DNA of 43,707 bases from an uncultured Mycoplasmatota bacterium (GTDB taxonomy: Bacteria > Bacillota_I > Bacilli_A > RF39 > UBA660), in the NCBI GenBank assembly GCA_946630615.1, contig CAMOYX010000001.1, positions 1 through 43,707 on the forward strand, given 5' to 3'. Of the stretch, positions 1 through 7,836 are shown in pieces. A program made the translations under genes and the position numbers. Below the pieces are notes generated by a model. The model had not been told where the DNA came from, did no database searches, and worked only from the letters and a program-made list of their open reading frames with translations. Every line of letters starts with the position of its first letter. Within the stretch, counting starts at the first letter, position 1.

Positions 1-1579
1 CAATTCTTGTAATAAGTCTTTTTGTAACTTTCTTTCCATCTGCATTATTTGGATCTAATAGTGATTTTGAATATTCTAATATCGACAAAACAACAGTTAT
101 TACAGGTACTGATAATTTAATAATTACGTATATTACGTCTAAAAATTTTTTTAAGGCTGTTTTTTCTCCATCAAAATAAAGTATTGAATCACAATGAACA
201 TCAACTTCGCTTGTAGCTAAGGGTGCAAAAATATTTTTATATTTATCAGATGTAGAACCATTCTCCATTTTTGAGTTGCTACTACTAGAAGAGTTAGAGT
301 TACTATATGTTTCGTCAGGCCATTTTTTGTATCTTAAAATAAATTTATAACTAGTATCTACTTTACCAAAGTAAACTTTTTTTATACTGCCTCCTGCGCA
401 TTCTACTGTTCTCATTTGTCCTGTTGAATCTTTACCTATATATATTACTACATGATTATAATTACCAGTTGAACTTGCTGAACCTTTTTTAACAATAATA
501 TCTCCTGGTTCAATGCTAGAAAAATCACTATTCTTTGAAACAATTTCAAAGTTTTCTGTGTTACTAATAAACCCTACTGCTGTATTTTCTCCAACTCCAT
601 ATCCTGAATGGTAAAACGCCCATGATACAAATGCAGAACAATCTAATTCTTTTGGGTTTGCGTTTAGTATTTCGCCATCTCCATGTCCTTTAGAATATTT
701 ATATGTTGTTTTACCATATAGGCTAGCTGCTTTTTTTATTAAATCAACTCTTCCTTTCGATATGTTTGAAGGCCATGATTTTGATACTTCTTCTAATATT
801 TTTTTAGCTTCTTCTGTAAGATTAGCATCATCAAATTTTACTTCTTCTTTAACTTGTGTATTAACTCCTGATGATGAATCTTTTTCTATTTCTTTAGTGT
901 AATTAATTATTCCATTTGCTATTAAAGTTGTATTTGATGCAAATGTTGTTCCTGTTAGGGACGATAAGTTATCTCCTACTATTAGAGAAGTAGCTGGTAT
1001 TTCAGAATATTTTATCTCATTATTCATTGCATCTCTTTCACCGGTTTGATTTTCTAAAGTTACCCCACTTGATTTTAGATTAGTTAAAATATCTGAACAT
1101 AGTTCTTTAGATTTATTATTAATTCCTGTTGTATTATTAGTTAATTGTGCATTTCCACTTTTTAAATATTTGCAAGCCATTCCTTTTGCTTCAGAACTAT
1201 TTTCATGTTCTATTCCTATATAGATATCTGCTGTATTATTTGCAATAACTATTCTAGCAATATCATCTAATCCTGCACTATTAAGCATTAATACTTGATA
1301 ACCTTCTGTTAATAGATTATCTCTTACTGCGTTTGCAAATGTTAAATTTGCTTGGGATGCTGTTGTTCCATTTGAAAGAGAAAATGCTTGTGTATATGGA
1401 TTAATGGCAATTGTAACATTGTTTTTTTCACTTGGAGTATAAAGAATAGCACTGCCAGATGTAGTAGTTGCTTTGCTTGCATTAGTCCATGTGGAGTCTA
1501 AGGTAATTTGTTTTGATGTCACTTCTGCGTTAACTGGTATAGCTATTAATAGTAATAAAATATAAAGTATTTTTTTCAT
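1..1579 (-). CDS. Secreted peptidoglycan hydrolase, 3'-truncated by the window edge. Architecture: signal peptide, amidase_3-like region, NlpC/P60 cysteine peptidase domain, Ser/Asn linker, C-terminal TM-hairpin module.
   Basis: Absent from the ORF track because it runs off the left edge. Manual translation of the minus strand from ATG 1579..1577 (RBS AAAGGAA upstream) gives about 526 uninterrupted codons starting MKKILYILLLLIAIPVNAEVTSKQ. ADIYIGIEHEN and EIPATSLIVGDNLSS resemble MurNAc-LAA. ELDCSAFVSWAFYHSGYG ... NHVVIYIG ... ECAGG is an NlpC/P60 Cys-His signature. A SNSNSSSSSNS linker follows, then HCDSILYFDGEKTALKKFLDVIYVIIKLSVPVITVVLSILEYSKS, which matches the module of the five upstream paralogs. 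Confidence 0.8.
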   Translation of the reverse strand, partial: MKKILYILLLLIAIPVNAEVTSKQITLDSTWTNASKATTTSGSAILYTPSEKNNVTIAINPYTQAFSLSNGTTASQANLTFANAVRDNLLTEGYQVLMLNSAGLDDIARIVIANNTADIYIGIEHENSSEAKGMACKYLKSGNAQLTNNTTGINNKSKELCSDILTNLKSSGVTLENQTGERDAMNNEIKYSEIPATSLIVGDNLSSLTGTTFASNTTLIANGIINYTKEIEKDSSSGVNTQVKEEVKFDDANLTEEAKKILEEVSKSWPSNISKGRVDLIKKAASLYGKTTYKYSKGHGDGEILNANPKELDCSAFVSWAFYHSGYGVGENTAVGFISNTENFEIVSKNSDFSSIEPGDIIVKKGSASSTGNYNHVVIYIGKDSTGQMRTVECAGGSIKKVYFGKVDTSYKFILRYKKWPDETYSNSNSSSSSNSKMENGSTSDKYKNIFAPLATSEVDVHCDSILYFDGEKTALKKFLDVIYVIIKLSVPVITVVLSILEYSKSLLDPNNADGKKVTKRLITRI

Positions 1580-1592
1580 TGCAAATTCCTTT

Positions 1593-2048
1593 CTATATAC
1601 ATGTCTCGATATTATATAAGCCAAATAAATTAAATATTAATTGTAGGATAAATGGAAGTAAGAAAATTAATAAGCCAATTATTAATCTTATAGTTACAGT
1701 TTTCATTACTGATTTAATTTCTTTTTCTGTACCATTAATGATATTTCTAGTAAAATCTAGAACTGTTATGATTATTATTATTACTGGAGTAATTACTTTT
1801 ATTATAGTAAATAGTATATCTATAAAATCTCCTAGTGGGGTTTTATCTCCGTCTTTGTTAATAAAAGCAGTACAGCTTTTATCTTCTTGGTTATTTTGTA
1901 GTGGAGTAATTAGATTTGGATAAGAATCTGTTTTAGAGCCGGATGACATGATTAGATCCATTCTTGTAATGTTATTAATTTCTAATGCATTAGTAGTTAA
2001 TGGCATTATTAGCAGAACTGCTATTATTAATAATTTTATATTTTTCAT
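1593..2048 (-). CDS. Paralog P1 of the Cys-bracketed TM-hairpin family (signal peptide plus variable ectodomain plus module)
   Basis: ORF track 1593..2069. Start moved to ATG 2048 (RBS GGAAGTGGAG). Signal peptide MKNIKLLIIAVLLIMPLTTNA. Module: KSC-x17-FIDILFTIIKVITPVIIIIITVLDF ... IRLIIGLLIFLLPF ... ETCI. Stop lies 13 nt from the hydrolase start. Confidence 0.7.
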   Translation of the reverse strand: MKNIKLLIIAVLLIMPLTTNALEINNITRMDLIMSSGSKTDSYPNLITPLQNNQEDKSCTAFINKDGDKTPLGDFIDILFTIIKVITPVIIIIITVLDFTRNIINGTEKEIKSVMKTVTIRLIIGLLIFLLPFILQLIFNLFGLYNIETCI

Positions 2049-2085
2049 AACTCCACTTCCTTTTAACATTACAATTATAACATAT

Positions 2086-2118
2086 ATAAAAAAAGAACTG
2101 AGTATTTTTCAGTTCTTT
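2086..2118 (-). terminator. Rho-independent terminator after paralog P2
   Basis: On the minus strand the stem AAGAACTGA / TCAGTTCTT is followed by a T-run. It lies directly after the P2 stop codon. Confidence 0.65.
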
Positions 2119-2517
2119 TTAGCTACATTTTGATACATCCCAGATGCAAGTAAAACATTCATTGTAATTACTTTGAACATCATTTTGGAAACCACTTACC
2201 CATCCAAATATAAAGTCTACAAATGCTGGTAAGAAAAAGATTATTACACCTGCAGCCAAACGTTTTGCAATAGTCATTGCAGCTGGCTTTAAGTCATCTG
2301 GTTTTGGCCCTACCATAGCTTTTGCAAAGTCTACAAATCCTAAGACTATTATTATTATTGGAATGAATATTTTAGCAACTTGTACAATGTGGCCAATGAA
2401 CTTAACTGTTGGACCAAGTCCAGCATTTTCACCTGTACAATATGCTGCATTAACATTATTTGCAAATACTATTATAGAAGTTAATATAAATGTCATTAAA
2501 TATTTTAGTTTTTTCAT
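2119..2517 (-). CDS. Paralog P2 of the Cys-bracketed TM-hairpin family
   Basis: Signal peptide MKKLKYLMTFILTSIIVFANNVNA. Module: AYC-x13-KFIGHIVQVAKIFIPIIIIVLGFVDFAKAMVG ... KRLAAGVIIFFLPAF ... NECFTCIWDVSKCS. RBS GGGAGG upstream. Confidence 0.75.
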   Translation of the reverse strand: MKKLKYLMTFILTSIIVFANNVNAAYCTGENAGLGPTVKFIGHIVQVAKIFIPIIIIVLGFVDFAKAMVGPKPDDLKPAAMTIAKRLAAGVIIFFLPAFVDFIFGWVSGFQNDVQSNYNECFTCIWDVSKCS

Positions 2518-2529
2518 GATAACCTCCCG

Positions 2530-3294
2530 TTAATTATTACTTGGTTCTTTAGCTGTAACTACGTTTTTTTCACCTGTGTTAGGTGTTGTAGTTGTACTGC
2601 TTGTGTTTGTTGTAGTAGTTGAGCTTGGATTAGTAGATGAAGATTTAACACATTGATCTACATTTAATACACATTTAGCACATGCTCTAGTGTATCCGCT
2701 CATTTGTGTCCAACCTGCTACTAAGTTAAATAATAAGTATACTATTGTAGGTATTAAGAATATTACAACACCTGATATAGCTCTGAATATTAATTTTCTT
2801 ATTGCACCTTTTACTTCTTTTTCTTCAGTTACCATAGCTTTTCCGAAGTCTACTATACCCATGATTATTAATATAATTGGGATTATAATTTTAAATATTT
2901 TTACTATTTGGCCAATGAATTGTAGAGGATCAGCAAGTTTATTACAGTATGCACTTTCTTCAGCTGTTATAGTGTTTGTAGTTGCTGCTCTTTGTGCTCT
3001 TTTTGCTTCTTTTTGTGCTTCTTCTTGTTGTTTATTTTTAAGATCATCTAGGTATTCTTGTTGTTTAGTATTATCGTAATAGTATGTAACTCCTTCTAGA
3101 GTTACTGAGCTTTGTCCGATTGTTCCGCCTCTTTGTATTATTTGTTCTTGTGTGTAAGTATTGCAATGTCTTTCAGACTTACATAATACAAATGAATAAT
3201 TATTATCTCTATATAGATAATTAGTTAAGGCATCTACTTTAATAGTAAAGCCTGCTAGTAAAATTGTTGCTATTATTAATAATTTCTTTTTCAT
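2530..3294 (-). CDS. Paralog P3 of the Cys-bracketed TM-hairpin family, with a larger N-terminal ectodomain and a Ser/Thr-rich tail
   Basis: ORF track 2530..3327. Start moved to ATG 3294 (RBS AAAGGA; signal peptide MKKKLLIIATILLAGF). Module: AYC-x9-QFIGQIVKIFKIIIPIILIIMGIVDFGKAMV ... FRAISGVVIFLIPT ... RACAKCVLNVDQC. Tail: SSSTNPSSTTTTNTSSTTTT. Confidence 0.75.
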   Translation of the reverse strand: MKKKLLIIATILLAGFTIKVDALTNYLYRDNNYSFVLCKSERHCNTYTQEQIIQRGGTIGQSSVTLEGVTYYYDNTKQQEYLDDLKNKQQEEAQKEAKRAQRAATTNTITAEESAYCNKLADPLQFIGQIVKIFKIIIPIILIIMGIVDFGKAMVTEEKEVKGAIRKLIFRAISGVVIFLIPTIVYLLFNLVAGWTQMSGYTRACAKCVLNVDQCVKSSSTNPSSTTTTNTSSTTTTPNTGEKNVVTAKEPSNN

Positions 3295-3307
3295 GTTAAC
3301 TATCCTT

Positions 3308-3793
3308 TCATTTTCCACAGTCTTCACTATAAGTTAGAATACATTTTGTACATTCAGAGAAGTTATTATTATTAAATGTATCTACCCATGTGAATACAAA
3401 TTGAATTAAACCTGGTAATAGGAAAATAAATACTCCAGCTATTACTCTTACAAACATTGATAAGGCCATTGTAGTTAGTTTTACATCTTTTATAGCTGTT
3501 ACTGCTTTATAAGCATCTATTAATCCAAATACTATTATTAGTATTGGAGCTACCCATCTAGCTATATTTAAAACCCATCCAACTATTTTAGTTACCATAA
3601 TGTAACCTTTTTCTTTACAAACATCACTTGTAGAACTAATAGAATTATCTATGTTATAGTCATATCCATCTGTTTTAGCTAACATAAATACTTTAGGTTC
3701 TTCATATATTTCATATGCTTTAGTATCTTTAATTGTTACTAAAGATAATGTAAGTAGAAGTATTATGATTGTAAGATATTTTAGTTTTTTCAT
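3308..3793 (-). CDS. Paralog P4 of the Cys-bracketed TM-hairpin family
   Basis: Signal peptide MKKLKYLTIIILLLTLSLV. The first 18 nt are identical to those of P2. Module: DVC-x11-KIVGWVLNIARWVAPILIIVFGLIDAYKAV ... VRVIAGVFIFLLPG ... SECTKCILTYSEDC. Confidence 0.75.
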   Translation of the reverse strand: MKKLKYLTIIILLLTLSLVTIKDTKAYEIYEEPKVFMLAKTDGYDYNIDNSISSTSDVCKEKGYIMVTKIVGWVLNIARWVAPILIIVFGLIDAYKAVTAIKDVKLTTMALSMFVRVIAGVFIFLLPGLIQFVFTWVDTFNNNNFSECTKCILTYSEDCGK

Positions 3794-3866
3794 ATTATCT
3801 CTTCCTTTAACATTCTAATTATAACAAATAAAACTAGGTTTTACACTAAATAATATCTATATGTAA

Positions 3867-3896
3867 ATAAAAAAGAATCTCTTTTTAGAGATTCTT
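3867..3896 (-). terminator. Rho-independent terminator after paralog P5
   Basis: Stem AAGAATCTCT / AGAGATTCTT with loop TTTT, followed on the minus strand by a T-run. It separates P5 from the P4-P3-P2 unit. Confidence 0.7.
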
Positions 3897-3903
3897 ATTT
3901 ATA

Positions 3904-4284
3904 TTAGTCAGTTCCCCAAGCTCTATCTGCAGCAGTTACGCATGAGTTTCCACCTGGATTAACAATACATTCTTTACATTCATCAAAGTCATTTTTAGCA
4001 GTTGTATTGAAATTAGATACTAGTCCCATGATTACACTTATTAATGTTGGGATTAAGAAGATTACAACACCAGCGATTACTCTGAATGCTAATTGTTTTA
4101 CTGCTTTCTTAATATCGTCTTCTTTTGATCCTACTACTGCTTTTCCTAAGTCAATAATTCCGTAAATAATTAAAATGATAGGAATTATAATTTTGAATGC
4201 TAATAAAATGTAACCAACGATTTGCCAAATATTTGCAGAACTATAGCAAATACCTGTATTACTTCCGATGTCAGATGTTAACAT
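3904..4284 (-). CDS. Paralog P5: minimal member of the family, with no signal peptide or ectodomain
   Basis: 126 aa. Sequence: GIC-x7-IWQIVGYILLAFKIIIPIILIIYGIIDLGKAVVG ... FRVIAGVVIFLIPT ... DECKECIVNPGGNSC. Closest by eye to P3. It has its own terminator. Confidence 0.75.
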   Translation of the reverse strand: MLTSDIGSNTGICYSSANIWQIVGYILLAFKIIIPIILIIYGIIDLGKAVVGSKEDDIKKAVKQLAFRVIAGVVIFLIPTLISVIMGLVSNFNTTAKNDFDECKECIVNPGGNSCVTAADRAWGTD

Positions 4285-4375
4285 ATTTATACCTCTTTCC
4301 TTTTTTATTATAGTTTAATTTTAAATTCAATATAGCATAAAGTCAAGAAAATAAGCTTGTAAATAAACGTGTATT

Positions 4376-5071
4376 TTACTTATTATTTTTTTTTCTTGTC
4401 TTTTTAGTTGTAGTTATATTTATTGTTTCTTCTTTATATTCTTTTTCGTTTTCTTTTTCTTCTTTTATTTGGGTATCTATGACACATGTATTGGATACCA
4501 AGTCATGTAAAGATAAGTTATCTCTTCTAATAAATAAGAATGCTATATCTATATATAGTAATATAGTTCCTGCATTTGTAATAACATTATTTATATTATA
4601 GAAGTTATCACTATTAAGAGTTAATATTGCTACTATTTGAGCTATTTCAAATAATACATTTTTAGCTACTAATACTCTTAAGAAATAATTACCTAGAGTT
4701 AGTTTTTTTCTCTTATCTTTTTCATTTACCATTTTTAAATTAAATAGCTTTTTACCTAGTGTTTCTCCATCCATTAGTAATGGGACTACGGTAAAGTATA
4801 GTAGTGTTACTATTAGAGTTACTATTTTTGTATGAATAGTGTATTTACTTATGTAATACATTATTGGTTTAATACTACTATCATAGTCATCTTTTGATAA
4901 TTCATTATTTACATACTGAGTAGTTATACTAACTAATTCATTATATTTTTCTTGGTAATCTACTTTATTTGGATTAATTATTGGTATTAATGATATTAAG
5001 AACGATACAATAAATACTAATATTAAATCAAATAGAAAAGCATTTATACGTCTAACTAATAATTTGTTCAT
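4376..5071 (-). CDS. RDD-family membrane protein
   Basis: ORF track 4376..5089. Start moved to ATG 5071 (RBS AAAGGAA). RDD hallmarks: RRINAFLFDLIL, DGETLGKKLFNLKMV and RRDNLSLHDLVSNTCVI. Several TM segments. Confidence 0.65.
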   Translation of the reverse strand: MNKLLVRRINAFLFDLILVFIVSFLISLIPIINPNKVDYQEKYNELVSITTQYVNNELSKDDYDSSIKPIMYYISKYTIHTKIVTLIVTLLYFTVVPLLMDGETLGKKLFNLKMVNEKDKRKKLTLGNYFLRVLVAKNVLFEIAQIVAILTLNSDNFYNINNVITNAGTILLYIDIAFLFIRRDNLSLHDLVSNTCVIDTQIKEEKENEKEYKEETINITTTKKTRKKNNK

Positions 5072-5110
5072 TTGTTCATTTCCTTTCATCTTAATAATTA
5101 TAGCATACTT

Positions 5111-5140
5111 ATAAAAAGAGTTGGTTATTAACCAACTCTT
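5111..5140 (-). terminator. Rho-independent terminator of serS
   Basis: Palindrome AAGAGTTGGTTA-T-TAACCAACTCTT overlaps the serS stop codon, with a T-run on the minus strand. Confidence 0.65.
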
Positions 5141-6428
5141 AGTTATTTTTAGGTACTATTAATTCTTTACCACCCATGTATGGTTGTAGAGCTTTTGGAA
5201 TCTTAATAGATCCATCTTCTTGATAGTTATTTTCAATTAATGCTATTAAGCCTCTTGGAGAAGCTACTACTGTGTTATTTAGTGTATTTACTAAGTAAGT
5301 ACCATTTTCACCTTTAGCACGAATTTGTAAACGTCTTGCTTGTGCATCACCTAGTGTAGAACATGAACCTACTTCAAAATATTTCTTTTGACGTGGTGAC
5401 CATGCTTCTACATCACATGATTTAACTTTTAAGTCTGCTAAGTCTCCTGAGCAACATTCTAAAGTTCTTACTGGTATATCCCAGTTTCTAAAGATTTCTA
5501 CAGTGTATTTCCACATCTTGTTATACCAATCCATTGCTTCTTCTTCTTTACATAGTACAATCATTTCTTCTTTTTCAAATTGATGTACACGATATAAACC
5601 TCTTTCTTCTATACCATGAGAACCTACTTCTTTTCTAAAGCATGGAGAGTAAGATGTTAGAGTTATTGGTAATTTTTCCTCTGGTATTATTTGATCTTTA
5701 AATCTACCAATCATAGAATGCTCTGAAGTACCAATTAAGTATAGATCTTCATTTTCTATTTTATACATCATATCATCCATTTCTTTAAATGACATTACAC
5801 CTGTAACTACATCGCTTCTAATCATGAATGGTGGAATTACATAAGTAAATCCTTTTTCAATCATATAGTCTCTTGCATAAGCAATCATAGCTTCATGAAG
5901 TCTTGCTATATCACCTAGTAAGTAATAGAAACCCATTCCTGAAGTTCTTCCTGCAGCTTCTTTATCAATACCACCTAATCTTTCAATAATATCAGCATGA
6001 TGTGGTATTTCGTATGATGGAACTACTGGTTCACCAAATTTTTCATTTTCAACATTCTTAGAGTCATCTTCTCCAATTGGTACAGATGCATCTATAATAT
6101 TTGGGATAACTAACATACGTTTTTTAATTTCTTCTTCTAGCTTAATTTCTTGTTCTTCTAGATTAGTTATTTCATCATTCATTTTTTTAACTTCTAGTTT
6201 AGCAGTTTCAGCTTCTTCTTTTTTACCGTCTTTCATTAAAGAACCTATAGCTTTAGAAGTTTCGTTTTTCTTAGCTCTTAGAGTATCAGCATTTACTCTT
6301 GCTTCTCTCCATTTAGTATCTAAGTCAAATACTTCATCTACTAATGGTAGTTTTTCATCTTGGAATTTCTTTTTAATATTTTCCTTTACTAAATCTTTAT
6401 TTTCTCTTATTAACTTAATATCTATCAT
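5139..6428 (-). CDS. serS: Seryl-tRNA synthetase
   Basis: MIDIKLIRENKDLV..., an N-terminal coiled-coil arm and a class II core. The track ORF begins at an upstream GTG inside the leader terminator. ATG 6428 has the RBS GAAAGGAAGGG. Confidence 0.93.
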   Translation of the reverse strand: MIDIKLIRENKDLVKENIKKKFQDEKLPLVDEVFDLDTKWREARVNADTLRAKKNETSKAIGSLMKDGKKEEAETAKLEVKKMNDEITNLEEQEIKLEEEIKKRMLVIPNIIDASVPIGEDDSKNVENEKFGEPVVPSYEIPHHADIIERLGGIDKEAAGRTSGMGFYYLLGDIARLHEAMIAYARDYMIEKGFTYVIPPFMIRSDVVTGVMSFKEMDDMMYKIENEDLYLIGTSEHSMIGRFKDQIIPEEKLPITLTSYSPCFRKEVGSHGIEERGLYRVHQFEKEEMIVLCKEEEAMDWYNKMWKYTVEIFRNWDIPVRTLECCSGDLADLKVKSCDVEAWSPRQKKYFEVGSCSTLGDAQARRLQIRAKGENGTYLVNTLNNTVVASPRGLIALIENNYQEDGSIKIPKALQPYMGGKELIVPKNN

Positions 6429-6430
6429 AT

Positions 6431-6660
6431 AAACCCTTCCTTTCGTTAATAAAATAAAAAAGGATGGTATATAAGGCGTCACGTAGACTATACCATCCTT
6501 TAGTTTAACTTTTATGTTTTTAACGGTAACACCGGGTGTTATTACACCTCTCAGAAAGTAGATTCACAAAGTATCTTTCGTTATTTACACCAACCATAAC
6601 GTCTCTTTATAAAGATAGTTTTGTTACTAGTCTTTCGTCAACAAGTTAGCTAGATTATAG
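6431..6660 (-). promoter_or_regulatory. T-box leader (Ser, candidate specifier UCU) with extended -10 promoter and intrinsic terminator
   Basis: All read on the minus strand.
- Promoter: TGCTATAAT.
- Stem I base: GACGAAAG...CTTTC.
- Specifier loop: 5' side ACUAGUA (AGUA motif), 3' side GAA-UCU-A. UCU is at 6562..6560.
- Distal motif: AGAGACGTTATGGTTGGTGTAAATAACG.
- T-box-like core: CCGGTGTTACCGTT.
- Terminator: AAAGGATGGTATA...TATACCATCCTTTTTT, just upstream of the serS RBS. Confidence 0.75.
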
Positions 6661-6689
6661 CACAAAAAAAAATCCTTTTAAAGGATTTT

Positions 6690-7520
6690 TTATTTTCTTC
6701 TTGGAAGTTCTATTTTCTTTGGTAATTCAATAGAAGGTTTAGATACTTCTACTGGTTTTACTTCTTCTTTTTTCTCTTCTCTAGATACATATACTGAAGA
6801 GAATACTTCTGGTCTTGGAACTTGTTTTACTGGTTCTTCTTTTCCTTCAGTAAAGATATTTAGAGGAGCTTCTTTTTCTTCAGTTAATACTGGATTAGTT
6901 AATTCTTCTTTAATTGGAGCAGCCACTTCTTTTGGAGTGTTTTTAGTTTGCTCTTCAGGAATATTAAAATCTTTAATTTCTTCTAGTTTAGGTTCTAAGT
7001 TAATAGATGGCATTGTGAATTCTTCTTTAATTAGAGGTTCTTCTTCGTTTGCTTTTGGTGCAGGTGATGCTTCAGTATTCTTTCCTAAGCTATCTAATTC
7101 TTTAGTAATTGCAGCAGCTAAAGCATCAAAATCAAATTCTTTAGTTTCTTCTATAGCTTCTTTAGAGTTAATAGGTTCTTCATTTATAGTTTTTTCTTCT
7201 GCTGGGATGAATGAATCTGGTTGTGGTTCAAATGAAGGTTCTACAAATGAAGCTACTTTATCTTCACTTATATTCATTTCAAATGGATTTGGAACGTCAT
7301 AAGTTTTAAGATTTTCTTCTTTTGGTTCTTCTGTTTCTGTTGTAAATACTGGTTTTGATTCGTCAGTATTCTTATCTTCTTTTACTTTTTTATCTTTAGG
7401 TTTAGAGTCTTTTGCTCCAAAGAATAATACCATTACAAATAAGATTACTAAAATTCCTATTACTATGAATAGGTATATTCCAAAATTTTGTATACTAAAT
7501 AGTTTATCTAAAAAATCCAT
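6690..7520 (-). CDS. Membrane-anchored Glu/Pro/Lys-rich low-complexity protein, function unknown
   Basis: N-terminal TM segment FGIYLFIVIGILVILFVMVLFFG followed by an acidic, proline-rich sequence. Flanked by hairpin terminators at about 6663-6690 and 7602-7629. Confidence 0.55.
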   Translation of the reverse strand: MDFLDKLFSIQNFGIYLFIVIGILVILFVMVLFFGAKDSKPKDKKVKEDKNTDESKPVFTTETEEPKEENLKTYDVPNPFEMNISEDKVASFVEPSFEPQPDSFIPAEEKTINEEPINSKEAIEETKEFDFDALAAAITKELDSLGKNTEASPAPKANEEEPLIKEEFTMPSINLEPKLEEIKDFNIPEEQTKNTPKEVAAPIKEELTNPVLTEEKEAPLNIFTEGKEEPVKQVPRPEVFSSVYVSREEKKEEVKPVEVSKPSIELPKKIELPRRK

Positions 7521-7623
7521 GTGTTACCACCCTTTTATTCCTTACTCTTTTATATTCTAACTAGATAATAGCATAATTAAAAGTGTTTAGTCAATAATAT
7601 TAAAAATAAGTAGAGCTTAAGCT

Positions 7624-7836
7624 CTACTTATTGTATTTATTCATTTGTGCCATGACTTGATTTATTTGCTTTTGAGAAGCAGGTCTTCCCATTTGAGCAA
7701 ACATTGCTTTAATCATGTTTTCGTTTATTGGTGGATTCTTTTGCATGTATTTTTTAGTTAATACACGTGATAGTAATACACCTATTACTAATCCAATTAC
7801 TAAACCAATAATTATTAATAATATATCATGTAACAT
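7624..7836 (-). CDS. yneF: UPF0154 (YneF-like) small membrane protein
   Basis: Single TM segment, then [40 protein letters not shown], which is characteristic of UPF0154. TAATG overlap with the rny stop codon. Confidence 0.8.
   Translation of the reverse strand: MLHDILLIIIGLVIGLVIGVLLSRVLTKKYMQKNPPINENMIKAMFAQMGRPASQKQINQVMAQMNKYNK

Noticed and set aside
1579-3079. Plus-strand ORFs 1579..1923, 1948..2133 and 2690..3079 lying antisense to the paralog cluster. Similar antisense ORFs occur elsewhere, for example 6937..7302, 8944..9201, 24459..24779, 26267..26533 and 30611..30970.
   Set aside because: They lie fully inside stronger opposite-strand genes that have recognisable motifs. Their products are low-complexity Ser/Leu/Ile/Phe-rich sequences of the kind expected from the reverse complement of AT-rich coding DNA, and they lack RBSs.
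1-4284. Interpretation of the cluster as a prophage lysis cassette (holins plus endolysin).
   Set aside because: Four of the five small proteins have cleavable-looking signal peptides and sizeable ectodomains. The hydrolase has its own signal peptide and a membrane anchor. No phage structural, integrase or terminase genes are visible, and the flank is serS and an RDD gene. This cannot be fully excluded without the sequence to the left of the window.
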